Part shown: positions 13,276 through 26,412 of the stretch, piece after piece
Numbering within the stretch: the stretch's first letter is position 1
How the letters are laid out: the number at the start of each line of letters is the position of its first letter
NCBI GenBank assembly: GCA_001244265.2
Contig: CDLV01000006.1
Location: forward strand, 1,054,001 to 1,118,000
Length of the DNA: 64,000 bases
Direction of reading: 5' to 3'
Origin: Microbotryum violaceum
Lineage: Eukaryota
Made by a program: the position numbers and the translations under genes
The notes under the pieces: model-generated
Told to the model about the DNA's origin: nothing
Database searches by the model: none
What the model saw: the letters and a program-made list of their open reading frames with translations, nothing else

Positions 13276-15120
13276 ATGACCTCACTTCAGCAGAAGCAGC
13301 AGGATGCTCAGCTCATCGAACTGCTTGGCTTCTTGACCGACCCGCAACCCCAGGTCAGGCGAATCGCACTGGCTTCCTTGTTGTCAGTCTTCGTATTCTT
13401 CATTTACGTCTTCGGGTATATAACCCATGTTGAGGCGAGCTCCGAGTTTGGACCGGTCGCTGACTGATATCGCTCTCAAGACTTGAGACAGGCCCTACAC
13501 AGCCGCGGACAAGCGAGAACGATCCCTCTTCAACAGAGATCACTACATTGAGCAAATTGCGACAATGTGTGCCGACCAAGAGGTACGCATAATCGAATCG
13601 ATACTCAGTAAACAATCTCAGCGCATGCACTCAGCTGAAACGTAACCGCACCTGGTCTACCTCAGCTCATCGCACACGACGCGCTTTCGGTCTTGATCAA
13701 CCTCACTTCCTCCATCATTGTGGCCGATCGGCTGGCCAAGATCCCAGGATTTCTCACCGGTCTCGTCAGAATGATCATCGTCAGTACTTGTCTTTGTGAT
13801 ATTCCCGAGCAAAGCACCGAGAACGGAGCAAATTTTGATCAGACCCATCTTAATTTATCGCACCTAGGACGAGAACGCTCTGTTGTCCGATCTGGCCTGC
13901 ATGCTACTGTCTAATCTCTCCAAACTTGAACACGTGTCGATGCAACTTCTCGGCCTCCGCGTCCCCTTCAACGTCTCGAACTTTTCCAAAGCGACCGACG
14001 AGGATGCTCAGGATGACGAACGACCAAGCAAGATTGCCAAGGAAGGGGAGACGGATGGAATCGAAGCTCTAGAATTGCTGCTCGAGGTATTTCTCAAAGG
14101 TGAAGGGAAGCGGTACAACCCTAATGCCAACTACGATTTCCTGGCCAGCGTGTTCGCCAACGTCTCGACCGTGAGTTTCATCAAAGAGCCCGACTGTGAA
14201 GCGGAGATTGTGAATTTATGACGTCTGATTCTACTCCTCTCATAGATCCCACTCGGTCGCTCATTCCTCTTGTCGACAACAAGCCCGGATGCCGAGCCGC
14301 CTTTGGTGGCATTGATCTCTTTCACCGAGCACCCTTCGACGATCCGTCGCGGTGGTGTCGCTTCGTGCATCAAGTGGGTGAACGTCATCACCATACCATA
14401 AGATGGAATCTGACTTATCGGCAGATCTTCCTCAGAAACTCTGCCTTCCAAAAAGCGGGACACACGCGACTGGTCGCTCCTTCGAATGACCAGCCCCCGA
14501 CATCGGGATGTATCGACCTCTTGCCGCAGATGCTGCTGCCACTCTGCGGGCCCGAAGAGTTTGACATTGACGTGAGCTCTTTCCCCCTGCGCGAGGGTCA
14601 AAACCTCCTCAGCTGACCTCGCTTTGCTTTCTCCGGCTTTCAGGTCATGGACGAGCTCCCCGACGCCTTGCAACTCCTACCCGAAACGAAGAAACGAGAA
14701 CCCGACGCCGCGATCCGCTTAATCCTCGTCGAAACGCTCGTTCTTCTCGCCTCCACCCGTCTCTGTCGTGAAGCGATGCGCAAACGCGGTGTATACGCCG
14801 TGATCCGGGCAGCTCATTTAGCCGAAACAGTGGACAAGGTCACCGAACCAATGGTTCGGTTGGTGAACCTTCTGATGAGGGATGAGGATGAATCGACGGC
14901 TTTGGAGGAAGTGCCGGACCCGTTGGAGGATGATAAGAAGCCCGATCACGGGTTCGAGACGGCACCTGTTGTGGGGGCGGATGGGAACGAGGTCAAGTCG
15001 TACGGGATAGCAGAGAGTGGACCGGTTCCGGTCGCTCATGCACCTTCTTCTGTACCGGCATCCATGACGTACGAGCAGGTCGATTCGGAGGACGAAGAAG
15101 AGATGCTGCTCGAAGTATAG
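13276..15120 (+). CDS. HGH1: HGH1/FAM203 armadillo-like protein (eEF2 chaperone)
   Basis: [81 protein letters not shown]...[12 protein letters not shown]...LVNLLMRDE. Confidence 0.9.
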
Positions 15121-15209
15121 GCAGGGGAAGCACACGTATTGATCGCTTGCAATCGCATCCTCCCTCGTTACGCATGCATCTTCTGTGAACGACGTGTCAT
15201 GTTACATGA

Positions 15210-16491
15210 TCAAAGTATAGGATACACATCCAACTTTCTCTGTTCCCACAGCGGCATATCCCTCCTCACCTCTTCCAACCACCCCAGATCCAGATCGGCC
15301 ATCGCAAAAGTCCCGTCATCAACCCCATCCGTGTAGGGTTTGGGCTGTCGATCGCTACATTGCGCGAGGACCTCCCCCCAAGGTCCGACGATCATGGCGT
15401 GGCCGTAGCTTTGTCGTGTCGCAGTGTGAGAACCGGTTTGAGCGGGGGCGAGGATGTAGGACTGCGTTTCGATCGCTCGGGCTCGGAGAAGGACCTCTGC
15501 TCCGATGGTATAAAGATCCAGTTCAAAGCGGTTCTGTTGGAGGGTGGAAACGTGGATACTAACCCCAGTGCGCGGCTCCTTTGAATGAAGATGGAAACAA
15601 CAGCTTTAGTGAGACCCCAGAGTACCCGCTGGACAGAAAGCTGGGACGAACCTGTCCGTAAAGTAAATGCGGAGGGGTAGGTGATGATTTGTGCGCCTGT
15701 TCTCCTCAACGCGAGCGAGACTTCAGGGAATCGCAAGTCATAACACGTCAAAAGACCCACTGATAAGGGCGAACGGTTCAACACGGTCAGTACCAAGATA
15801 TGTTACTCATGATCTGAAGCGTAGGCAGTCTCTCACCTTTGCCCAGCGGTGTCTCCACGGGATCGAGCAATTCTGCGCCTGGCTTGGTCGTCTTGCTCTC
15901 GAGAATGACGGGACCTCCTCGGATATCGACGTCAAAGAGGTGGATCTGCATGGCCAGAGATCAGTACTCTCAAAGTCTCTCGTCCAGATCGGTATGAACT
16001 GGGTACTCCAACCTACTTTGCGATAAGCTGCTCGGACTTCGCCTTCGGGCGAAATCAACTGCGAACGGCAAGCGAGGAAAGAGCTCATCAGCTGAAAGAC
16101 CTCATCTCATACGGCTAACAATTCGAACCGACCAAATTGGTGTTGTAACACCTTTCCTCCCCTTTGACACTCTCATGAACGCCTACGCCGACCCAAACCT
16201 TGCTAAACTTCGCTTGAGCCTGGATCGAAAAGTCAGGACGGACAGAGGATAGCCGAGATAGCAATGCAGAGCGCCCTGTCGACTCACTTTGACTCCGTCA
16301 ATGAACACGCTCTGGTCCAAGGGTCTGGAAAGGCAAGGCACATCGGCAGCGCAAGCGATAAAGTCGGACGCTTCGGGTAACCAGACCAAGTGAGCCCCGG
16401 CTTGTGCTGCACGACGGATGACCGATCGACACAGAGCGACGTTGTGAGTCAGAGAAGGAAGCGAACAGATTTGAGCGACCGCTGCGAGCAT
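15210..16491 (-). CDS. Carbon-nitrogen hydrolase, Nit1/Nit2-like (probable deaminated-glutathione amidase)
   Basis: MLAAVAQ...LPEASDFI; YRK|IHLFDVDI; GLLTCYDLRFPE (catalytic Cys); YPSAFT; SYGHAMIVGPWGEV. An upstream in-frame extension is possible. Confidence 0.9.
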
Positions 16492-17315
16492 CTTGGGGTT
16501 GGGCACGCGGGTAGGATGGTACAGAGTGTCCGAGGGTGGGCTCGCACGACGTGGCAAGGAAGGGGAATGTGGGGGTGAACCCGTCCGGCTTCTCGACAGC
16601 GTCGATCTTTGAGGTTGGGAAGGCCGCGTAAACCGAGGACTCTTTTGAAGTTTCGCGTATGTGAAAAGAGTCGGGAGCCTTCTTCTTACGGCGGCGGCAG
16701 CCGAAAAGAGAGGTGGGATGCACGATCCAACGTTCAACCTCGACGGTCGCGAAGCAACGTCACGCCTCAGGCCTCAGGCCTCAGTCCTGCTTGCACCGAT
16801 GTGCCTTACTCAAAAGCTCAAGGGCTGACCGGTTGCCAAAGGCGACCAACGGGCGCGCCGAGCGAGTCGAAAGGCGAGTGCGGTGTGAATCACTCCCTCT
16901 TGCTAGAACCAACTGTTCTCGCTCGCAACATCGCCTGTGGCTCGCTCGAAACTCCATAAGTTTTTCGGCACAAACGTCGCTCAGTCGGAGACTGTTCGTC
17001 GTATTACTTAGCCGACACGAGACGCTCGACGAGCGACCAAGCGCCCGGGCAACGCTAACTCAGCGCTCAGATCGCACGGCAAGCACGAAAATCGTGGCGT
17101 CGGCGAAGATAGCAAGATGAAGCAACAAGAATGTGGTAATCATGGCAACAAGTAGAATCGATGATACATAAAGGATACAATAATGGTGCGCATAGGCACG
17201 TCGAAGAGCTTGTCACTGCAAGGCTTCCCGGTCGCTCGTTCGAATGCGCGCGTCGAAAGCCACCGATCGAAGATCTTCGTTTTGAATTGGGTAAATGGCG
17301 CTTGTGCACTACCTC

Positions 17316-17994
17316 TTACGACCACTGCCACTTGATTGGAAGGACGCCGGTGTCAAGGCTGCCGAGCTTCTTGAAAGCCGCGGTCGAGAGATCAAGCGAG
17401 CCATCTGAGCAGGGAATAAATTTGCAACGAGAGCAGCATCAGTACCGATAAACCAAATTTTAAGACAGAGCGGGTTTTGTTGACTCACAACCGCATCCCG
17501 GGCATTCATCGGCGACCCTGGCGCGGATGATCTTCTTGTTGGACGTGTTCATGATGGTGACGTAGCGACCACAGTGCGAGCCGCCGTTGACCTGAGGACT
17601 GTTAACCGCGACGATAATGGTCGAGTCCCTGTTGTATTTGCCGCACGAGCCGGCGTTTCCGTCTTGGGCGTACCACGTCGCTCGACCCTTGTACGTCGCC
17701 TTTCCAGCGGCGAGAGTGAGCTGCGCGGTAGCGGGGGAGGGTGAGGAGCGACCGCGAAAAAACAGGGGCCGTCAGTCTCGGGAGCCCTGCCAGGCCGCGG
17801 GCGTCATCAAAAGAGCTAGCAGAACAACTAACCTTTGCTGCTCGGGTTTCGAGCTCTTCCTGCTCCCCCGATCGCTCGACTACTTCAGAGCGAGACATTA
17901 GTCCGGAGGCATTGTCCGAAGCAGCCGGTGAAGCGATCGGCGCGGCCGAGACCAAAGCACCGAGCAAGATGGAGCAAACGACAGCGAATCGCAT
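17316..17994 (-). CDS. Secreted RlpA-like double-psi beta-barrel (expansin/loosenin-like) protein
   Basis: Signal peptide MRFAVVCSILLGALVSA; GRATWYAQDGNAGSCG; IVAVN; HCGRYVTI; VADECPGC|YGSLDLSTAAFKKLGSLDTGVLPIKWQW*. Confidence 0.9.
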
Positions 17995-19496
17995 TGTGTT
18001 GGTGGTAGAAAGCGGAAGGTGGTGAAACGATGAAGTTACTGAGAGTCGTTAAATTCGTCAAAAGGTGCTTCTTACGAGTGATGGAGACGGAAAGAGACAA
18101 AGACAAGGTTGAGGGCTGCAGCGATGTCGATGTCTCGACTTGATGGCGATATACGGAAGTGACACCGAATTATGCCCGGGATTAGAACCGGGCCCAGTAG
18201 TGAGAAGTAGAGGGCGGGCGGGGCTTTCGGATAACAACGCCACCCCATTTTAGGTCCCTCGGGCCTTACGACCGCAATGTCGAGTGCGCTCTGTACTTTA
18301 TTCCCGGTGACTCGGAGACAACACGACCCCGATCAAGTATTGCGACGCCCTCGGCCCCGCGCGCACTGGCCCCGTGCGTTGCGGATCGTGATCCAAAGGG
18401 GGTAAGCGGTCCAAGCGCTGCGCATGGCGCGCGCGGCGGCCACGAAAAAAAAAGAGGGTCCTCATTAACTTCGCACCGTAGTCCGGTCCCGGAAACCGAT
18501 GGGGTCACTCGATTTTCCGTCCTTCTCGGTGCCCGACCGGCCGAGACCACACAAAGGTGATTCTGGATGATCTTCGGGGATTCTAATAAAAACTCGCATC
18601 CAACCCTCCAAAGGTCTGGCGTCTCTAATCGCAAATTGTGGGCTGCCAGTGACTCGAGGCTCAGACTCAGGTGAGGCGGCGGCGCTGGTAGCGCCACAGG
18701 AGCCGTGCCACGGCGAGGCTAAACTCCAAAATTTGCCAGCCCGCGGTCTTCAACACCCCTGCCTTGATCACGCGAGGAAGCTCTCCGCCTGTAACATGCG
18801 CGCCAAAAATCATGGCTCACGCAGACAAAGAATACAAGGGGAAACTTATCTACCAGGTCGAGTGTTGGTGAGCGGGGCAATCCGTAGCGACAAGATCCAG
18901 GTTGCGAACGACGGGCATCATGCATGGGCGATGCTCTGGATGGCTGATGGAACATGCGTTCAGAGAGAACGAGGTGGTTGGTCACCGCATCCTGTCTGTG
19001 GTCGCGATGGCACCCTCGGAAATCTGCAGTAGTCATGAGCTTGGTACTACTGGCTTTATTAGTCGCAGACAGGCTATTCCCCGCAAATGAGAGACGATGT
19101 GCTCGTGCCCGTGCTCAATGCGAGTGAGGTAGAATGAAGCCTGCAATCGCCATTTCACGTAGCTCCGTAGTGCATTGTGAGTTGAAGCGCGCCCAGGCCC
19201 AGCGAACTCGATCTCTTTGAGCAAAAGCCTTCGAGAGACGAGTCGCAAATCCCTCGGCACAGAATGCTCACAACACCACGCGACATGCCAGTCCATGAAA
19301 GTTGCATAGAACTCCCCTTCAAGCGTTGCACAAGAGACAATCGGAACAAAGTAGACCAAAGATAATGCGACCCAAAACCCCCGAGCACGAGCGGCCGAAC
19401 GGATGAATGCGCCAGACGACTCGTGATCTTTTCGTGGAGTGGTAAAACAAGGAGTTTTTTTTTTTCGTGAGGTGCACATGCGATCGTTCGTTTTGT

Positions 19497-20897
19497 TTAC
19501 TCCTTGATCTCGGCCTCGGTCTCGATGGCAGCGATGGCGGACCTCTTCTCGGCAATGCGGCCGGCGCGGCGCTCGCGGGCGGCCTTGTTCTTCGTTCGGC
19601 GGGCTTCCATCTGGTCGGCGAGGATCTTGGTGCGCGATTGCTCGGCCTTGGCCTTGTGGATGTGGTCCATGAGAACGCGCTGTGAATAGACGGAGCAGGA
19701 CCGATTAGCTTGGGAGGCAGCAGGACATGATCATTTGAGTATGGACTAACCTTGTTCTGTTTTTGAGTTGAAGCGGCGGGGTCGAAGAGATGTTAAGGTT
19801 AGCAACCGGTCGCATAGCAGGAGGATCTGACGTGGCGCAATTGACGTGCCTTGAAGACGTTACCCTGTTGACGAGAAAGGGATACAAAGTCCAAAAGTGT
19901 CAGCTTCTTCGTCCCGCCACTCATCGATGCAGCGTTCCAATCCTTTTGCTCTCTGGAACGCACCTTGGCCTTCAAGTACAGTTCGTGATAGCTGCAGCGA
20001 TAATAAACATCATAGGAGCATCCATGAGCATGCATAACCTCTTATTAAATCCCTGTCTTGCCATCGTCTCCTCCACTCACAGGTGCTTGTTGATCTTGCC
20101 ATCCTCTCGGTACTTGCGCAACATGCGCCTGAGCACACGCTGCCTCCTCATCCACAAAACCTTGGTCGGCATACGCGCATCGGCGGAACCCTTCCTCTTA
20201 CCGGCACCGGTGTGACGTCCCTTGGCCTTGGCAGCCTCGTGGTCGCGGGCGCGGGCACGCGAGTGGATCACCTGGGGCTTGACGATGATGTAGCCATCCT
20301 TGCGGAGCGATTTGATGCTGTTCAGAAAAGAGAGGGACCGCAGTTCCACGGCCACACGGTCAGCATACATTCCTTGTTTCCTTCCTGCTCCCTGCTCCAT
20401 GGTGCACACTGCGGTGGTCGCTCGAGATGCGTCCTGGTCGTGGCTCGGCTGCAGGCTAGCGCGCTTCGCACTGGGCGATTCGATTCGCGGTGGGCGTACG
20501 GCGCACGGCGGGCTAAGGCTGGGACGGGCGACACGGGCTACGCCTAATTGGAGGTGACAATAGGACCTACTTGGCACGCGAGTTGGCGTTGGCGATCTCG
20601 GACAAGTGCGAAGGGTCGAGGTAGATCTTTCGCTTTCCGACACCGAGGACCTGTAGGGGATATGAAGGGGGATTGGGGCGATTGGTGGGCGAGGCGGGCG
20701 GGGGCGTAGGCGTAGGCGGCACAGAGAGACGACGGCGCGAGGGACGGCGACGGCGACGACAGCGGTAGAAAAAGTCAATTGACTGCCGCGACACAACGAC
20801 TATAACGCCGGCCATGATGACAAGGTGTGGTCAATCCAGATGATCACGGTGGACGTACGGAGGCGGCCAGACGCTTCTGGGATGAAAGGTTCGACAT
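19497..20897 (-). CDS. RPL19: 60S ribosomal protein L19 (eL19), 7 exons including microexons
   Basis: [26 protein letters not shown]...[16 protein letters not shown]...[18 protein letters not shown]...[32 protein letters not shown]. Confidence 0.97.
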
Positions 20898-23800
20898 GAT
20901 TCGTGAGACCTGCAAACGACGCCGCGAGGATGCAAAAGCGCAAAGCGACGATGGCGACAGTGGTTGAACAGTGCGGGCGGTGGCGGCACACACAGAGACG
21001 GCGAGCGACCAATAATAACGACGGGCGAAAGGACGGTGGGGTATGAGAGTTGGACAGTCAGGACACGGCTGATACGGAACTTCGTCGCCAACCACAGCAG
21101 CTCACCTCTTGCTTGGGACGACGAGCAGGAGACGAATGCACTCGCCGTTCGACAGGCGCGGCCAACTCGGGCGTCAGCAGGCAAGGCGTCAGCTGAACGG
21201 CCTGACTCGCACGGGCCTCTTCTGGCCCGGCCTGCAGTCGACCCCGGTCAACGGCGCTCGGGTCTACTAGTCATGCCCGACATCGCGCAGGAAGTGGGCC
21301 TGGGAGGGACAACTTTAATTCATTTGAAAGCGGGCGGGCAACGTTTTTGTGAATCACAGCACGCATGGTCCACACTTGAAGTGCTGCTACTGCACCGCCT
21401 TGTTAGTCACACTCGGATCCGCAAACTGCACTCGCCGACTGGGCGCAGCGAAGATTTTGACACTGCAGCTACGACGCGTGCCATCGTTTCAATTTACACA
21501 CACTATGGCTGAACTTGTACAGCTTACGCGAAAATGTCTCACACAGTCATCGTCTGCGAGCCAAAAGCGACCAGTGCTCACGTGACCTTCCACTAGCCGG
21601 CCGCACCAGCCGTCGGCCACAACTTAGGCCAGCCAGAACTTCTCTCTCGCCCACGTGCGTATGAGGGCGCAGACATTTTCAGCTGCCTAGTCAGCCCCTA
21701 CTCGTGTTCCGTCTGGCTCTAGTGTCGAACAAAGCGTTTCGACCGACCTTCAGCATTATGGCGATGAGCCTCGCCGAGCTTGCCAAGGATCATGTCGAAT
21801 CAGAGGCGACAATGGAGCATTGGAATAGCACAGAAAAGTCGCCTCTCGGATCGAGATAAAGTCATGGTTCTCTTCAAGTTTGTGAGTTCGGTACCGACAT
21901 TCGGATCATCCCACGGTTGCCTCGCCCTTGGTCAATGCTGTCAAAAGGGTATTACTGTTTCATCCCACTTAGAATAGTTTAGTATCTAGTTGTTGATATT
22001 AGCCGCGCGCGCGCCTCTAGCCTTCCAAGTGCGCGCGCCCTTAGCGCTTCTCTCTCTTCTCCAACTATCTTTACTATCTTCTTCGGCTCTCGTGCTTACG
22101 TACATCGTGCCTCGGGCCTCAGGTTCCTAAAAAATGCGGGGTCCGCCGAGAATGCGGGGTGGAAAGGATAGCTCCTATGTGTTCCGCCTCCTCACTCGCC
22201 ACCTTTAATTGCCGAAAGCGGGTCCCAAGTCGCGCACAAGGACCCGCATCGCGCAACGGCATCGAAAGGGTATTGACGCTAACTCGAGATCGGCCCCTGG
22301 ATCTAACGCCATTGCCGATCCCTCGGGTGGGCGGCGGCGGTTTGGTCACCCGAGCATCGAGACAGCGTGTTCGTGGTCGCGGTCGTGGTCGCGATCGAGT
22401 CTCACTCCATCGACCGGATGGCGACCCCCGCCCCCGCCGTTGGGCATCACTATGAGCTGAGCAGCTACCAGGGAGCACCGGAACCTACTACCTTGATGCC
22501 AAAACCACGTTCAAACACCTAGGAACAGGGCGACATCGGACCGTCCAGATGAAAACTCTGGCTTCAAGTGTGCCATTCAGGAATCGATTGGCAGTGTCAC
22601 CTTTGGTGAACGGCGCGCCGAAAACCTTTCCCTGCAAGTCGTCTTTCACGTGAGATTGCGCACCAGTATGCTGAACATATGCGACTGCTATTTCGACAGT
22701 GTGTAAAGTACTCTGAGTTGGGAAGCACTCATTCAAAGCCATTACAGCTGCAGCGAGCAGAAATGCCGCATGATTCGCGAAGGGTTTGCAGCTTGGAACT
22801 TGATGCAGCGACCTGAGTCGCTGGACCTTCTAGTATGGGATGTCTGCACAGAATATCTTTGAAGCTTTGCCTTTCATGCTCGAAAAGCGTGAAGCTCGCG
22901 AGGATGAGGAGACTTTTGATGTCATAATGAACCCGCGTCAGCAGGGAAATCGAGAGCGTGTCGACGCGCCGGAGGATTTGCTCGTATCAAATCCAAGATC
23001 ATGCTCTCTCCAAGCTGCGAGTCGCGACTTCACGTGCAATGCATCCACTTGGGAGCAAAAAACACGTATTATAGATCTCCAAAGTGTAAGGTAATCGCTC
23101 CGACCCGTTGCGAAGAGCACATCCTTCGGATGGCCAAGTCATCGACTCAGAGAAGCCATTGCCGAATTTCCTGCGCTCCCAGGGTCCAACTCTGTCCTTG
23201 CGGGTCACTTATACCATCAAGCTGCCATCAAGCTTTGCCCGTCGCACACAAGAAACGGGGAAAGACCAAATGGGCGAGAGCTTGGGGCAAGAACTAGCAT
23301 CGATTTTGGCGACCTTGTAGCGGTGCCGGTGCCGGCTGCGGTCGCGTGGAGCCGGTCGGGTCGAGGGTCCTTCGTGGCTCTCGCGAAGAGTCGACTTCCG
23401 GCGCGTGTTCCACGACCGCGGCCTTTTATGGGCCATTAGAAATCGGTCCCGAGTGCCTAGCCGACGACAAGAGAAAAGGAAGGGCACCAAATCGCAGGTT
23501 CTACAAATGGGCCATCTGAGACCTTGCGGTCGCCGGTCGGTCGCGGAGCGCCTTTCGCTTGCCGCTTGCATGAGCGACAAATCCGGCCCGGAGGCGCCTG
23601 CGCAAGTCCCCAAAACAAGGAAGGAGCGAGCGAGGCCAGCCCGAAGTACAGGCCACCGGCCCCATCGCACCCGGGGTCCTCGCTACTAATCTCAGCGCAG
23701 TACAACCACATTTTTGGCATTTCTAGCCGAGGTTTTTTTCTTTCTTTCACATTTTCAAACTCGGAAAATCCCCCGCGATTGACGGCTTGTTGCCGGTAAA

Positions 23801-24301
23801 TATGAGCATGGTAGCAGATAGGCAAACAAGGTGTGCTACCTACTCCGTCCGGCGTCATTCTTGTCGCTGCTTTGGGCCACAAAGTGGCGGATGACCCACC
23901 CAAGCACCCAAGGTGCGGGCCTGATAATTGATCACCCTCGTCCTTGAGCTTGATATCGAGGCACAGGCGCGCGCGCGCGGCGACCACCGCCGGCGCACCC
24001 TCAAAATCTTTGATGAAAATCCGAGACAGGGCCTTACTCCGCGATTCCGCGGTCCCGGACCAAGGCCTGCTCCTCCACCCATTCACCCCGCGCGCTGCGA
24101 AGCCTTCTGGTGACCTGTGGTCCGAGGCCGACGCGTGCACTCGACACCTCGAAAATGGTCTGGGTATGGATCATGCTTATCCCGGTTCCGCAACTTCATT
24201 CCTTCTCTTCTTCACCTTCACCACATTCTCATCACTCACCCCGAGCTCCCAGCCGTTGTTCCACTTCCCGGCCCACCCAAACCTTTTTCAAGCCCCTCAA
24301 C

Positions 24302-25723
24302 ATGCTCGCCTTCGCTCTTGCTCTCGCCTCCGTGGCTGCCCTCGCCGCTGCTCGACCCATCTCGGTCGCCCTTGCCGCTGTTGAGACTGCTCTCTCCCTC
24401 CCAAACACCACTCAGACCAACAACGCGACTTTATATTGGCGTGAGTACTCTTTCTAGTCTTCTGTTCGGGTCTTGTCTTTCGCGTAGCACCGGGAAATGA
24501 GCTCGGCGCTTCTGGCCTCCGCGGAGAATTTAGGGGGCCCGCCGCCTGGCACCCCCTTTGTCCGGGCGCCCCCCCCCCCCCCTCTCTCAAAAAGGCCCCA
24601 TGCTCCCATTGTTATCGTGTAGCATCCTGACTGATACAATCTACTATCATTATGTGCACCTATAGAAAACGGCAACGCCGGTGCCTGCCGCCTCTACTCG
24701 AACGACACCGACCTCGTCGTCGGTCTCCCCTTCGAGTTTTACTCCGACCTCGGTGCCGTCTCTCCTTACTGCGGCTCTTACCTCTTCGTCACCAACCACA
24801 TCAACAACGTCACCACCCCCGCTCGTATTGCCGATGCCTCTGCGACCAACGGCACCCTCTCGCTCTCCGTCGCTACGTGGCGAGCGCTTAATGGTGACGG
24901 CACCAACTTGACCCAGGTTACTTGGCGCTTTGCCAATAAGACCGAGGCCGCCGCTGCCGAGGTTGCTTTGATCTCTGCTACCCGTAAGTCAGTTTTCTAC
25001 TTTTGCCGTCTTGGCATGGTACCTCGCGCACGACACAGTTCATTGCGCTAGTCAAGAAAAGTCTGCTGACGCCGTGCGCCCCTGTCTTAACTAGAGTTCG
25101 CCGTGGGCGCCGACGCCGCCGCCAAGGCCGCCGCCGCCAAGTCCGCCGATACCTCTGAGGCCGCCGCATCCTCTGCTGCTCAGCAACAAGCTTCCACTAA
25201 AGCTGCCATCACCCAGGCCGCTCAACAGCAACAGAAGACCTCTGCTGCCTACGTCGCTCCTACCACCACTGCTTACGTTGCCCCCACCACCACCACCAAA
25301 GTTGCCCCCACCACCACCACCACCGCCTACGTCGCCCCCACCACCACCGCTTACGTCGCCCCCAAGACCTCGGCTTACGTCGCCCCCACCACCTCGGCCT
25401 ACAAGGCCTCGTCGGCTTCGTCGGGCTCCTACTCCGGTACGGCTACCTACTTCACCCAAGGTGGTGTCGCCGGCAACTGCGGCCAAGTTCACCAAGACTC
25501 GGACTACATCGTCGCCTTGACCTCGGCCATGTACTCCGGTGGATCCCACTGCGGCCAAGGTGTTCGCATCTGCACTTCGTCGGGCAAGTGCATCTCCGCG
25601 ACCGTCGCCGACTCATGCCCCAGCTGCAGCTCGAGTGGTGATTTGGATCTGTCGGTCTCCGCCTTCCGCGCCCTCGCTTCCCTCGACGCCGGTGTCGTCG
25701 GCATCTCGTGGTCGTTCGCTTAA
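24302..25723 (+). CDS. Secreted protein with two RlpA-like DPBB domains separated by an Ala/Thr-rich linker
   Basis: Signal peptide MLAFALALASVAALAAA; domain 1 ATLYW|ENGNAGAC...SPYCG...IADAS; domain 2 SGTATYFTQGGVAGNCG...HCG...VADSCPSC...DLDLSVSAFRAL...ISWSF*. Introns at ~24441-24665 and ~24984-25094. Confidence 0.88.
25246..25404 (+). repeat. Imperfect coding tandem repeat (AYVAPTTT)n, probable O-glycosylated stalk
   Basis: Six related units (gcc/gct tac gtc gcc ccc acc acc...) in the translation AYVAPTTT AYVAPTTTT KVAPTTTTT AYVAPTTT AYVAPKTS AYVAPTTS. Confidence 0.85.
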
Positions 25724-26412
25724 CCGATGATACTTTCCCTCCTCATTGATCCGACCAAAACCCACTTCCTCTCTCGCGCATCATCATCGTTTTTGGGTTG
25801 AGCTTGTCCACAAGCTCTTTTTTCTCTCTTCCTCCTCGTCGTTGGCCAACACATTCGCATCGTCATCGCAGTATCATAGAACGAACCCGACACGAAACGT
25901 CTATAGAGCAATCAACTCCTGCTACTACTATTTAGACGCTGTAGCATACTAGACACTCCCTTGTTTCAATCCTTTTCACGTCCACCCTTCTTTCTCTCTT
26001 CAACCTCCTCAAAAAATCGATCGATTAGATCGAAACGACGTCGTTCGCTTCTTGTAGACGAATGCATTTGCTGCAACACGAATTCAAAATCCTTTGCATC
26101 TCTTATGTCCACTGTCCGCTACTTTTGAGAGAACCCCAAGTTCAGCAGATCACTTCAGGCATGACGAGCGGATGCAAAGCATTCATCATCTACCGAGACC
26201 CGTGGCTCATGCATCGCGCATGGCGCCCTGGTCGTGGATTGCAGAGAGTTTTAAAATGTGGTGCAAGTGACGCAAGTTCATCCAGTAGCTTGCATTTGAA
26301 CCGCATGGATATATCTCTTTAGCATCTCAACGTATGTAAAAAAAACACTAACACAAGGACAGAGCCGCCCCTAGGCATTACCAAGACCGAGCCCCACCTC
26401 CCTCCCTCCCTC

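Noticed and set aside
15120-15210. Very tight convergent gene ends (also 30491/30626 and 37078/37209)
   Set aside because: Ordinary for compact yeast genomes; no specific evidence of antisense regulation.
18170-18200. GGTTCTAATCCC hairpin resembling a tRNA T-arm on the minus strand
   Set aside because: No acceptor stem, D-arm or anticodon arm can be built around it.
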